Origin: Candidatus Omnitrophota bacterium
GTDB lineage: Bacteria; Omnitrophota; Gorgyraeia; JAFGHF01
Length of the DNA: 64,000 nt
Direction of reading: 5' to 3'
Assembly: GCA_016939375.1 (NCBI GenBank)
Contig: JAFGHF010000063.1
Coordinates: 2,119 to 66,118, forward strand
Shown here: positions 54,944-64,000 of the stretch, piece by piece
Numbering within the stretch: position 1 is the first letter of the stretch
Layout: every line of letters begins with the position of its first letter
Notes under the pieces: model-generated
What the model was told of the DNA's origin: nothing
What the model saw: the letters and a program-made list of their open reading frames with translations, nothing else
The model's database searches: none
Program-made: the position numbers and the translations under genes

Positions 54944-56470
54944 CTATTCCTGTAGAAATTTTTTCAATTTTGAGTCTTTAAAGGAAAATCTCGCGCCCAA
55001 TTTGCTGCTAATATTATCCAAAATTATCAAATCACTTTTTTCCAGGCTCTTGGTAAACAATATTGACATCAAAGCAATCAACAATATGACTACTGCTAAA
55101 GGAAATATAAACAAATTGTTACTTGCAATAATATCTTTAACTAAAGAAAAGAACAATAAAGACAAAATCACCGATAATGCCGCAGGCCTAAGATAATATT
55201 TTTTAAACAGGTGAATTCTCGCAAAGATGTAAACTTCAACCGATGCTAAAATATTTATTATTATGTACGAAACTGCCGTGGCTATGGCTGCCCCGGATAG
55301 TCCATAATCGGGGATCAATAATATATTTAAAAACAGATTTACTGCTGCCCCCAATAGAAAATTAATTGCAGAAAATGCTTGCCGTCCGATGACAATGAGC
55401 GTCATCCCATTTAGACCCATGAAGGTATGGAAGAAAAAACCGAGGCACAAAAACCTTAAGGCCATATCGGACTGCAGATATTCTTTCCCGAATAAGATCC
55501 CTATGCAAGAGCGGGGGGCTAAAAATAAAACCATAAAAATAGGCAGGGAGGCGGCGAATATCCACTTAGACGTGCTTACATATATTTTTCTCATATTATC
55601 AAATTCTTTCCTTGAATAGAGGAAAGATATCACGGGCAAGAAAATAAAAGATGTGGATTCCAAAACAAAGTTGATAGTCTGGGAAAGTGGACGGGCGGCA
55701 TTGTACATCCCTACCGTTGCCTCGGTTTTATAATAGCCTAAAAGTAAGGTGTCCGACCAGTGAATCACAATATTAAGGATGACGATACCTAAAATAGGAA
55801 GTGAAAAAAGAAGCAGTTCTCTATTCATAGGTAAATGCTTTGCCTTAGGCAGATGCTTGGGTAGGTTCTTTACGGCATAGATGGTCAATATTACCGCCGT
55901 CAATATAGTGGAAGATAAATATGCGAATATGACTCCGGAAAGCCCTCGGGACAAGACAACGGCCAGGCCTAGAAAAATAATCAAACTTAGGTAGCTGAAA
56001 ATATTATAAAAGTAGACTTTTGGCTTTACTTCGCCAAATCCTTGAAATATCGAAACCAATATGTTGACAATCACATAAAAGGGAACTGTCAATGCCAGTA
56101 TTTTCACTATGCCCGATAGCCCTGATTTATGTAAAAGATCAAAGACGCCTAACTGCGCCAAAAAGAAGACAACCATGACGGAAATAACACTTCCCAATAG
56201 CGCAAAGAAGATGGCAGCTTTGATGATGCCCCAAACCCGGGCGTAGTCACCCTTGGCCATTAAAGCGGAGATGAATCTAGCTATGCTGCGCACCAAAGCC
56301 AAAGAACAAATGGAGACAAGGATACTAGTAATAGCCAGGCCAAGAGATAATAAACCGTATTCTTCTACGGCTACATATCTTACTATTATTACTCTTACCG
56401 CTAAATTTAGCAGAGCACCCAATCCATAGCCAATAAAGATTATACCCGCACCCTTGGCTATCTTTTTCAA
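54944..56470 (-). CDS. Polysaccharide/O-antigen flippase (Wzx-like)
   Basis: About 14 TMs, YGL, D..LLG..VG.Y and LN.LLIP.YG..GAA.AT. Confidence 0.85.
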   Translation of the reverse strand: MKKIAKGAGIIFIGYGLGALLNLAVRVIIVRYVAVEEYGLLSLGLAITSILVSICSLALVRSIARFISALMAKGDYARVWGIIKAAIFFALLGSVISVMVVFFLAQLGVFDLLHKSGLSGIVKILALTVPFYVIVNILVSIFQGFGEVKPKVYFYNIFSYLSLIIFLGLAVVLSRGLSGVIFAYLSSTILTAVILTIYAVKNLPKHLPKAKHLPMNRELLLFSLPILGIVILNIVIHWSDTLLLGYYKTEATVGMYNAARPLSQTINFVLESTSFIFLPVISFLYSRKEFDNMRKIYVSTSKWIFAASLPIFMVLFLAPRSCIGILFGKEYLQSDMALRFLCLGFFFHTFMGLNGMTLIVIGRQAFSAINFLLGAAVNLFLNILLIPDYGLSGAAIATAVSYIIINILASVEVYIFARIHLFKKYYLRPAALSVILSLLFFSLVKDIIASNNLFIFPLAVVILLIALMSILFTKSLEKSDLIILDNISSKLGARFSFKDSKLKKFLQE

Positions 56471-56511
56471 AGAATCGTTTAATATTTCTTGCGTTTTCAG
56501 AATTACCCCTT

Positions 56512-58089
56512 TTATATTTTTCCGGATTGCCTTAGTCTTCTGACGGCATCTTCAACTTTTTCTCTCTCAATAATTTTCCTATATCCTACAGGTCTTATAG
56601 CCGGTGGAGAATTATCCCTGAAAATATGTTTTAGCACTTTTCCGTCTGCATTCTCCGGAACAGGCAAACCAAATATATGCAGTACAGTGGGAAATACATC
56701 ATAAATCTTTACATCATCTAATCTTTGGCCGCTAGGCCTTATATTAGGGCCACAGGCAATAAATATACCGTTCGGCCTGTGGCTACCATAATCCTCTTTA
56801 TAATCAATTACCGCTTTGCTTATCAGGCTGGGTATTATTGTATTTATATTATCATCAAGCCTAATGACTAAATCAGGCAAAACATTAGGTTCCCGGCTAT
56901 TGTAAATTTCTTGTTTTTTAAAGACAGAAATGGGTATGCGTTTTCCGGTCTTAGGGTCCGTTAATTCCTTTAATTTACTGATTATTGCGTCTTGCGTTGA
57001 TTCATATTCTTCGGGATTAATAGCTCCTGCCGGTTCTCTTCCTTTTACATTAAGCCATATTTCCCCGGCTGCCGTATGGGCAAATGCTTTAGTACGCTTC
57101 CAGTCTATATTCAATGCCTCGACCCTGGGAACCCTGACCTCTTTTCTTAGTTTTATCTGCATCGGCCTCGGCAAAATACCAATAATCTTTCTGGCCACAT
57201 TCCTAAGCTTTAGTTTTTCAATATATCTCTGTAGATATAAAACCAATTCTTTGTAACCAAGCTTCTTCTTTAGAGTCAAATAGCCGTTTTTCAAAAGCCA
57301 CTGGTTAATATTGAAGGTCCTTTCTCCCGTACCAAATCCGTGGTCGGAAACCACAAAAACGTCGGCATCTGCCCCCTTAAGCTCCAATAACTCTTTTACT
57401 TTTTGATCTAATTCTCTATACATATCTAAAATGGCCTCTTGATCGTCCCAAAAGCGATGTTGAATTCTATCCAGGGCAGTAAATACAAAAAAAGCGAAGT
57501 CCCATTCTTGACTTTTTAACAAAAAGTTGAATGCCTGAGAATGTTTGAGAAGGACATCTTTAACCTTGACCCGCAATTTATCTCGGCTATAAACTTCTAT
57601 CAACATGTCTTTATCAAAATCGATTTCTGTCACGTCGATCTTATAGCCGCTACATACATTATTTAAGTTCTTCTCCAGTTCAGGTGGATAGGTTAAGTTT
57701 TTGCCGCAGCTGTACCAGCCGGCTACCATCTGGCCGTTTATCTCATATGCGCTATAGACATGAGGCACATTGGCTATACATATCTTCTTCCCATTATCAG
57801 AAAGAATATCCCAAAGGTTGTTTTTAGGAAGGCTCCTTTTGTAAAAAAATGGTTTAAAATCATAGCCTATTTTTACCATTAAAGTCGAAAAACCCAATTT
57901 GCCGGGCTCGATGCCCGCGGAAAGGCTGTTCCAGGCCGGTATCGTCCAGGCAGGTATTGTGCTTTGAAAATCAGCCCAGACGCCGTTGTCCATAAGCCTT
58001 TTGATTGTAGGAAGCTCTCCCCTGTCCACAGCCGGCTTCATTAGGCCCCAGGTTGCTCCGTCTAGGCCGATAATAATTACTTTAGACAT
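56512..58089 (-). CDS. Alkaline-phosphatase superfamily (type I phosphodiesterase/nucleotide pyrophosphatase) protein
   Basis: IGLDGATW, ST.P.WT.PAW, DRIQH, SDHGF and GSHR..GIF. Confidence 0.87.
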   Translation of the reverse strand: MSKVIIIGLDGATWGLMKPAVDRGELPTIKRLMDNGVWADFQSTIPAWTIPAWNSLSAGIEPGKLGFSTLMVKIGYDFKPFFYKRSLPKNNLWDILSDNGKKICIANVPHVYSAYEINGQMVAGWYSCGKNLTYPPELEKNLNNVCSGYKIDVTEIDFDKDMLIEVYSRDKLRVKVKDVLLKHSQAFNFLLKSQEWDFAFFVFTALDRIQHRFWDDQEAILDMYRELDQKVKELLELKGADADVFVVSDHGFGTGERTFNINQWLLKNGYLTLKKKLGYKELVLYLQRYIEKLKLRNVARKIIGILPRPMQIKLRKEVRVPRVEALNIDWKRTKAFAHTAAGEIWLNVKGREPAGAINPEEYESTQDAIISKLKELTDPKTGKRIPISVFKKQEIYNSREPNVLPDLVIRLDDNINTIIPSLISKAVIDYKEDYGSHRPNGIFIACGPNIRPSGQRLDDVKIYDVFPTVLHIFGLPVPENADGKVLKHIFRDNSPPAIRPVGYRKIIEREKVEDAVRRLRQSGKI

Positions 58090-59005
58090 TCTCGGATCCC
58101 CTTTTTTTAGTCTTTTTAGAAAATATAAACCGGAAAAACCTTTTGCAAAAATTCGCTACACCCAAGTTGCTTTTTCCCATTAACTTTCTAAGCGTGCTTT
58201 TTAATGCGGGGTATATAATAGAGGCCAAAATAAACAGAAATTTTTGATTAATGCTGCCATATCGCTTCAAGGCCATGATCTTGGAATCGAGTGATAAAAA
58301 ATAATGCTTTCTCCACCTTTCTTCGCTTTTCTTTTTAAATCCGCCCCGTTTATGATAGACAATGGCTTCGGGCGCAAATTTAGCCCTCCAGCCTCTATTG
58401 TGTGCCCGCCAAGATAGCTCTGCATCTTCATAGTTACTGCCATATTCTTCATCATACATACCGATGTCTTCTATCATCTTTCTACTGTATAAACATGCAG
58501 CCGAACATGCCCCGATAATTTCAAGTTTATTATCAAATTGTCCTTTATCTATCTGGTCATGACCCCGGTCGATGATTCTGCCAAATCGAAATATATGTCC
58601 TGTCGAATCTATAATATGAGGATTGTCCATTCTCAATACCTTAGGTTGTACAATTCCGATTTGATGATCGCTTTCAGCAACAACTACTAATTTTTTTAGA
58701 CAATCGGGGTCAGCCTTTGCATCGCAGTTTATTAAAAAAACATACTGCACATCATTGTTTGTCAAAGATTCTCTCATCCCCCGATTATATCCTCCGGAAG
58801 AACCGAGATTTTCTCTGTTAACAATCAATCTTACATCCGGAAACCCCTTTTTAATTGCCTCCTGAGAGCCGTCCGTAGAACAATTATCTACTACGATAAT
58901 CTCATAATTGCCATATAGTAACTTTTGTACGCTATCTATAGCGTCAAGCACATACTCTATTCCATTATAGTTGATGATGATTACGCAGACTTTCGGTTCT
59001 TGCAT
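58082..59005 (-). CDS. Glycosyltransferase family 2
   Basis: INYNG, DNCSTDGS, YED.ELSWR and V.H. Confidence 0.88.
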   Translation of the reverse strand: MQEPKVCVIIINYNGIEYVLDAIDSVQKLLYGNYEIIVVDNCSTDGSQEAIKKGFPDVRLIVNRENLGSSGGYNRGMRESLTNNDVQYVFLINCDAKADPDCLKKLVVVAESDHQIGIVQPKVLRMDNPHIIDSTGHIFRFGRIIDRGHDQIDKGQFDNKLEIIGACSAACLYSRKMIEDIGMYDEEYGSNYEDAELSWRAHNRGWRAKFAPEAIVYHKRGGFKKKSEERWRKHYFLSLDSKIMALKRYGSINQKFLFILASIIYPALKSTLRKLMGKSNLGVANFCKRFFRFIFSKKTKKRGSENV

Positions 59006-59021
59006 CTTTAAAACTCCGTTT

Positions 59022-59231
59022 TTAACCTAAATAGCCCAGATCTTCGAGACGCTTCTTTATCTGTCCATCGTCTTCTGTTTCATTTTTGGATACGTCATCG
59101 GCAACGATCTCTTTCAGCACAAAAGTGATATAATCAGACAGCGAGTTAAAACTGCTGTTTTCAATACGTTTCTCCACCGCCTCTAAGATATCCTCAGGAA
59201 TAGTTATCGTCACTTCCTTTTTATTTGGCAT
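59022..59231 (-). CDS. CopG/ribbon-helix-helix protein with RLxxLGY tail
   Basis: TITIPEDIL...F.SLSDYI.FVLKE and C-terminal IKKRLEDLGYLG. Confidence 0.8.
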   Translation of the reverse strand: MPNKKEVTITIPEDILEAVEKRIENSSFNSLSDYITFVLKEIVADDVSKNETEDDGQIKKRLEDLGYLG

Positions 59232-59283
59232 AGCAGACTCCCTTTTTTGAATCTTATCCGATTCCTTTTTAACCCTCTATTGC

Positions 59284-60678
59284 TTACTTAAGCACTTTCT
59301 TTATTTCACCGTCTTGTATATTTATTAGTTTTTCTATCTCCTGCCTAAGGGTTTTGGTGAGATCTTTCTTTTCATTAGCAAGATTAACCAATTCTTGGGG
59401 GTCATCTTTTAAATTAAATAGCTCTTCTCTTTGATGATGAACAAATCCACATCTCGGACATATTCTACGAGGGCCCAAAGAAAAAGAATATTTCCACTCA
59501 TTATCTATAATACCTATCCTTTTGCCTACACCGATTCGCTCATGCATAAAACCAAATAGAACCGGTCTTGGCTTAACACGCGTTGGTTCATTTATTAACG
59601 TCAATAAGCTCTCTCCGTCAAAAATATGGTTAGTTTTTATATTTAAGAAATCTAAGATGGTGGGGACGACATCTATGTGGCGGGCAAATGGCCTGACCCT
59701 GCTACCTTTGTATGCTCCCTTGGGAAATTTTATGATCAAGGCTGCTTTAAGGATTTCCTCAAAATGGGTATGGTGGCCAAAATAGGCATTGTGCTCCCCC
59801 AGCCCCTCACCGTGGTCGAAAGTCACTATTATCATTGTATTATCAAAAAGGTTGTTAGCTTTAAAATAAGAAATCAAGCTACCTATCTGCTCATCAATAT
59901 AATTTAGGGAACCGATATATCTTTGCACTATTTCATCGGTAGACCTCGCAGAATAAGTACACATCTTCATATATCTTTTATACTTCGGTCCGCTGATTCG
60001 GTCAATAATCTCTTTGATCTTTTTATTATATTTGGACTTAACGTGTTTAAACCTCCTGACATATTGCGGCGGCGGGTCATAGGGGGTATGGGTGTCCCAA
60101 AAATGCAAAAACAGGAAAAAAGGCCTTTTATCAATGATACCCTTTGCATGTTCAACTACTTTTTCCGCATAATCATAAGCAGCAATGGTTCCAGGTAGGT
60201 GCTTAAGAAACCAGTAAGGAAGTCTGGGGAAAATCTTACAAATCGCCCTGTGTCCAAAATCAAGCATTGACTGCATCCTGTTTTTTCTAAGGCTGCCGCT
60301 ATAATAGTCAAAACCCGTTTTGTACCAACGGCCTAAGAAGTCAATGGCTGAGGTCACATATCCGCTCTCTTTTAAAATTCTGGGAAGAAATTGGTCGTCT
60401 TTAAGAGAAACAAACCTTTTTTCATATTTGCTAACCCACGGCCCGTGGTGAATTATACCGTGCGACCAGGGCCACAAACCAGTCAAAATACTGGTATGTA
60501 CGGGGTCTGTTCCGAATAAAAAGGAATAGGCGTTATCAAATACTACGGATTCTCCGGCCAGGCTATCAATATTGGGCGTTGCCCCTAAACTACTGCCGTA
60601 ACAACCTAAAAAATCCTTTCTAAACGCATCCAGTGTTAAGAGAACGATATTGCAGGGAGCATCTGAAGCTTGGTTCAT
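59284..60678 (-). CDS. Sulfatase-like hydrolase/transferase
   Basis: DAFRKD..GCYG, TPNID, PFFLFLH.WD.H.PY, DHGE and ELFNL..DP.E..NL. Confidence 0.85.
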   Translation of the reverse strand: MNQASDAPCNIVLLTLDAFRKDFLGCYGSSLGATPNIDSLAGESVVFDNAYSFLFGTDPVHTSILTGLWPWSHGIIHHGPWVSKYEKRFVSLKDDQFLPRILKESGYVTSAIDFLGRWYKTGFDYYSGSLRKNRMQSMLDFGHRAICKIFPRLPYWFLKHLPGTIAAYDYAEKVVEHAKGIIDKRPFFLFLHFWDTHTPYDPPPQYVRRFKHVKSKYNKKIKEIIDRISGPKYKRYMKMCTYSARSTDEIVQRYIGSLNYIDEQIGSLISYFKANNLFDNTMIIVTFDHGEGLGEHNAYFGHHTHFEEILKAALIIKFPKGAYKGSRVRPFARHIDVVPTILDFLNIKTNHIFDGESLLTLINEPTRVKPRPVLFGFMHERIGVGKRIGIIDNEWKYSFSLGPRRICPRCGFVHHQREELFNLKDDPQELVNLANEKKDLTKTLRQEIEKLINIQDGEIKKVLK

Positions 60679-60694
60679 TTATTTAGTCTCTTTT

Positions 60695-61843
60695 TTATCG
60701 TTTTGGCAGATTCGAGTCTGCTGTCAGCATAAAGCTTTCTATTGCCTTAACCACCTTATCCCAGGCAAAAAAACCCTTTCTTTTCTTTATATTTTCTACG
60801 AAGTCTGTGTGATCCTGTTGAAAAAAACTTAAAATTGCTTGCGCCAAAGAATTGCTATCTTCGGGTTTGGCTATATAACCTGTTTTGCCGTCCAAAACCA
60901 AATCCGGCATAGGACCTATATCAGTAGTAACAACCGGCTTATCGAAAGCAAGGGCTAAAGCCACTGCCCCACTCCCCGTTACACTTATATAAGGAAAAAC
61001 GGCTAAGTCTGCTGCCTCAAAATATTTTTCTACCTCTTCGTTAGGGATATACCGGTCGATAACCTTTACCCTTTTTCCTATGTTTAACTTATTTATCAAA
61101 TCGATATAATAGGATTTATTTTTCCAAAATTCACCGGCTACAATAAGCGTAATGTCTTCTAATTCCTTTAATACTCTGGGCATTGCTTCCAACAAATACT
61201 TCAGTCCTTTATATTCTCTTACAATACCAAAAAATAAAATAACTCTTCCCTTAATCCCCAATTTATCCTTAGCCCCATCTTTACTTAACCCCCCTTGTCT
61301 AAATACATCATATATGGGATGGAAGGCTGTTTTTATGTCGGCCCCTGGAATCAGTTTGAGCAAATTCTCTTTCTCTTTTTGGGAATGCACGATAAAATAG
61401 TCGCCATTGCTCAAAGCGATGCGCGCGCAGGCTCTATCAAGAAACCTTGATTCGTGCATTTGAGTATTATGGCAGATAAAGAGGACTTTTGTTTTGCAGG
61501 ATAATTTTACTATCCAACAAATCGCTGCAAATTGGGGGGTCCAGAATATATGCCACCACGGAAGAATCAAAAGCTTTACCGAAGATCTTTTGATTAATAG
61601 CGCGGTTTTAATCCAGGAAAACGGATTTAAGGAATCGAGAGTAAACTTTATATTCTCTTCTTTTATTTTTGTCTTACTTTCATCCAAATCTGTCTGCGCG
61701 GGATATAACCACTTTGGATATTGTCGGCGGAAGGAAAAAAACACAACCCGATGTTTTTTTATGAGCTCTCTGTAGAGTAACGTTGTATAATGTGAGATAC
61801 CGCCTTTGTAAGGATAGGAAGGGCCGACTAAAGCTATTTTCAT
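60695..61843 (-). CDS. Glycosyltransferase family 4
   Basis: P.KGGISHY, FFG.VR.YKG and PY....SG. Confidence 0.9.
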   Translation of the reverse strand: MKIALVGPSYPYKGGISHYTTLLYRELIKKHRVVFFSFRRQYPKWLYPAQTDLDESKTKIKEENIKFTLDSLNPFSWIKTALLIKRSSVKLLILPWWHIFWTPQFAAICWIVKLSCKTKVLFICHNTQMHESRFLDRACARIALSNGDYFIVHSQKEKENLLKLIPGADIKTAFHPIYDVFRQGGLSKDGAKDKLGIKGRVILFFGIVREYKGLKYLLEAMPRVLKELEDITLIVAGEFWKNKSYYIDLINKLNIGKRVKVIDRYIPNEEVEKYFEAADLAVFPYISVTGSGAVALALAFDKPVVTTDIGPMPDLVLDGKTGYIAKPEDSNSLAQAILSFFQQDHTDFVENIKKRKGFFAWDKVVKAIESFMLTADSNLPKR

Positions 61844-61852
61844 TCAATAGGC

Positions 61853-62803
61853 CTAACTCTTTCTCTTGATCTTTATCAGTATCTTTTCTATAAGTTTTCT
61901 GTTAGATGAAACTAAATCGGCGACCAGGCCGAAGACCATCACTTGAAGACCGATCAGCGATAAAACAGCTCCTAATATCAGCGATTGAATATGCCCAGTA
62001 GGATTTAGATTAAATATATAGAAGTATAAATATCTTAAAAACAAAACAGTACCGCAGAAAAATACAACAAGACCGATCATCATAAACACATAAAGGGCCT
62101 CGTACATAGTATAGATCCTTAAAATTGTATTTGCTGACTTTGTTATGTATTGAAATATGCTTTTGTATAACCTTGATTTGCGTAAGGGAGGGTTTGTTCT
62201 TACGGATACATTGCTGATGGCTAGGTTTTTCTTTCCCGCCTCTATTATAGTCTCCAATGTATAACTGAATTCAGAGACAATATTTATCTCTAATAAGGCC
62301 TTTCTGCTATATGCTCTAAAACCGGTACTGGCATCGGGAATATTTGTTCCGGAAACACGCCGCACCACCCAACTTCCCATTTTTTGTAATATCTTTTTAA
62401 AAACCGAAAAATGTCTAATATGGTCTATATCCCGGCTGCCCACTACTATATCGGCCTCACCATCAATAATAGGCTTGACTAATTTCTTGATATCTTCGCC
62501 CCGGTATTGATTATCGCCGTCTGTATTGACAAGTATATCCGCGCCCAGACTTAAGGCAGCCTCGACTCCTGCCTCAAATGCCCGGGCTAGTCCTTTCCTG
62601 CCCCTGAATCTGACAATGTGTTCGACTCCATGCTCTTTGGCCACCTCACTGGTCCTATCAGTGCTGCCATCATCTATTACCAATACCTCGACTTTTGATA
62701 CGTTTTCAATCTTTCTCGGTATATCTTTTAAGGTAATGGGAAGCGTCTTTGCTTCATTTAAACACGGTATCTGCACTATCACCTTCAAATCTTGCTTTTC
62801 CAT
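61853..62803 (-). CDS. Glycosyltransferase family 2 (polyprenol-phosphate glycosyltransferase-like)
   Basis: IPCLNE, DDGSTD, DGDNQY and D..TGFRAY; two C-terminal TMs. Confidence 0.9.
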   Translation of the reverse strand: MEKQDLKVIVQIPCLNEAKTLPITLKDIPRKIENVSKVEVLVIDDGSTDRTSEVAKEHGVEHIVRFRGRKGLARAFEAGVEAALSLGADILVNTDGDNQYRGEDIKKLVKPIIDGEADIVVGSRDIDHIRHFSVFKKILQKMGSWVVRRVSGTNIPDASTGFRAYSRKALLEINIVSEFSYTLETIIEAGKKNLAISNVSVRTNPPLRKSRLYKSIFQYITKSANTILRIYTMYEALYVFMMIGLVVFFCGTVLFLRYLYFYIFNLNPTGHIQSLILGAVLSLIGLQVMVFGLVADLVSSNRKLIEKILIKIKRKS

Positions 62804-62845
62804 ACCCCCCCCTAAATATTCAGACCTTTTTTACTATTTATTAGT

Positions 62846-62874
62846 ATTGTACACAAAATAGAAATCCTCTGCAA
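62846..62874 (-). promoter_or_regulatory. Sigma70 promoter of the glycan cluster
   Basis: TTGCAG-17 nt-TACAAT. Confidence 0.5.
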
Positions 62875-62923
62875 CATATTTTATTGCAAGGAGTTAAAGA
62901 CAATCTGGCCCTGGCGAGTGTGC

Positions 62924-64000
62924 TCAACGCCCAATTTTATATATTTCCCATACCAGGTCAAAAGACGGCTCAAAAACATCTTTGCCCTTGCAGCTTAACC
63001 TGATTTCTTCCACGGTCTCACCGTTGAAGAAATTGTTACTGCCGTCGTTCAAGGTACCAGGGACCTCTTTTACATAGGGGTGCGCCCAGATCCCGGAAAT
63101 CACATTTTCGCTGACTAGGCGGTGTTTTATTATCCTGCCGTTTTTCAACTTATATTCAATCAAGGCTTCTTTCTCTTTCCATATGAACTTTTTCACCTTA
63201 GCCTTAAGCGTGCGCTTAAACCCGGTCTTGGCCCTAATTACACTGTGCTCAAAGTCCGGCACCTCTATCCACTGTCCCCATCGGCAGCTCTTAGTATCTA
63301 AGGTAGCGGGCTTTTTAAAGGTCTTCGCTTTTTTTCGCTTAAACAAAACCGTCCTTTTATCAGAGAAGACCGGCTCATAACTGTCAAATATCTGCAAAAT
63401 AGTTTTCGGCTCATCGTTTAGCAAATATCTTTTATCGATGCTCCCGATCGGTCCTTTAGCCCTTTCGCTCACCCATATAATATAAAGCGGAGCGTCCTCG
63501 CTTGTAAAGAAATTGTAATTATACTCATCTAACTTCGGCGTATAGGCAAAATAAGATTGGAATACCGGCCTGGGTCGCCAATTTAAATCATTGGCCGCAA
63601 CATAAGTCAAATTCCAAGGATATATGTCGACAGTATGGCCATCGATCAAGCCTAGCATCTTTTGGGGCAACTTCTCATCAGCCAGGTTACTTTGCGAAAG
63701 ATCTTTCAATTTCTCCCCATAATACCTTAAATTTACCGCATGATACAGATTCTTATACCCTTCTAAGGTCTTTTTTTGAGCAGGCAAAGATGCTCTCTTT
63801 AGCATCCCGCTGATCGTATGTACGTCCATTACAGACAAGGCAAAGAAAAAAGACAAAATAATATACCAGAAAAAACAAAATCTGATCTTCTTCTTAGGCG
63901 CTATCGGTTGCAGCAGTATTATAAATATATATATGATCACAAAATTAAAGAAAAACGCGAGGTGCCCGTACCCCTGCCTGGTGAAACTATATTTGAACTG
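62924..64000 (-). CDS. Hypothetical membrane protein (N-terminus beyond window end)
   Basis: The frame stays open to 64000 (QFKYSFTRQGYGHL...). Contains TVDIYPW, W.PRPVFQSY and IDKRY. Confidence 0.7.
   Translation of the reverse strand, partial: QFKYSFTRQGYGHLAFFFNFVIIYIFIILLQPIAPKKKIRFCFFWYIILSFFFALSVMDVHTISGMLKRASLPAQKKTLEGYKNLYHAVNLRYYGEKLKDLSQSNLADEKLPQKMLGLIDGHTVDIYPWNLTYVAANDLNWRPRPVFQSYFAYTPKLDEYNYNFFTSEDAPLYIIWVSERAKGPIGSIDKRYLLNDEPKTILQIFDSYEPVFSDKRTVLFKRKKAKTFKKPATLDTKSCRWGQWIEVPDFEHSVIRAKTGFKRTLKAKVKKFIWKEKEALIEYKLKNGRIIKHRLVSENVISGIWAHPYVKEVPGTLNDGSNNFFNGETVEEIRLSCKGKDVFEPSFDLVWEIYKIGR

Noticed and set aside
59558-59570. AGAACCGGTCTTG matching one arm of the 37-bp repeat, inside the sulfatase gene
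   Set aside because: Only 13 bp match and the complementary arm is missing, so it is probably chance.
48535-62886. 16-bp identity GCAACATATTTTATTG at 48535-48550 and 62871-62886, both near putative -35 boxes
   Set aside because: It is AT-rich, and about one such match is expected by chance in 64 kb. One copy includes a stop codon of the upstream gene, and the downstream genes are unrelated.

Overview
A gene-dense bacterial chromosome segment, almost entirely on the minus strand. The gene style suggests an uncultivated diderm such as Omnitrophota, but that is an inference only. In order: (1) a nitrogen-assimilation cluster (gltB partial, stand-alone NtrC/Fis-type HTH, glnA, P-II, amtB) with an orphan sigma-70-family factor and a GAF-ANTAR protein; (2) asnB, a TIGR01212-like radical SAM protein and mnmG; (3) a type IV pilus/T2SS-like cluster preceded by about 12.7 kb of signalling genes (4 histidine kinases, 9 stand-alone receivers, 1 PAS protein); (4) yjbQ, ttcA, a SpeD-like gene, FAH, tatD and pilT/U; (5) an acyl-CoA ligase / membrane acyltransferase / SpeD / membrane SpeE cluster; (6) a ParA-CBM48 fusion with a membrane partner; (7) msrA, a MshEN protein, GDPD and an LtaS-family protein; (8) a surface-glycan cluster. 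The strongest novel signal is a regulatory circuit readable from the DNA. ANTAR-type hexaloop hairpins overlap intrinsic terminators in the leaders of the sigma gene, amtB and glnA. A 29-bp repeat (a likely promoter for that sigma) precedes amtB and glnA. NtrC-box-like sites accompany the stand-alone NtrC DNA-binding domain. Also notable are the ParA-glycogen-binding fusion and several short palindromic elements sitting in frame inside proteins. No rRNA, tRNA, CRISPR array or transposase was seen. All calls come from manual motif reading, not database searches.
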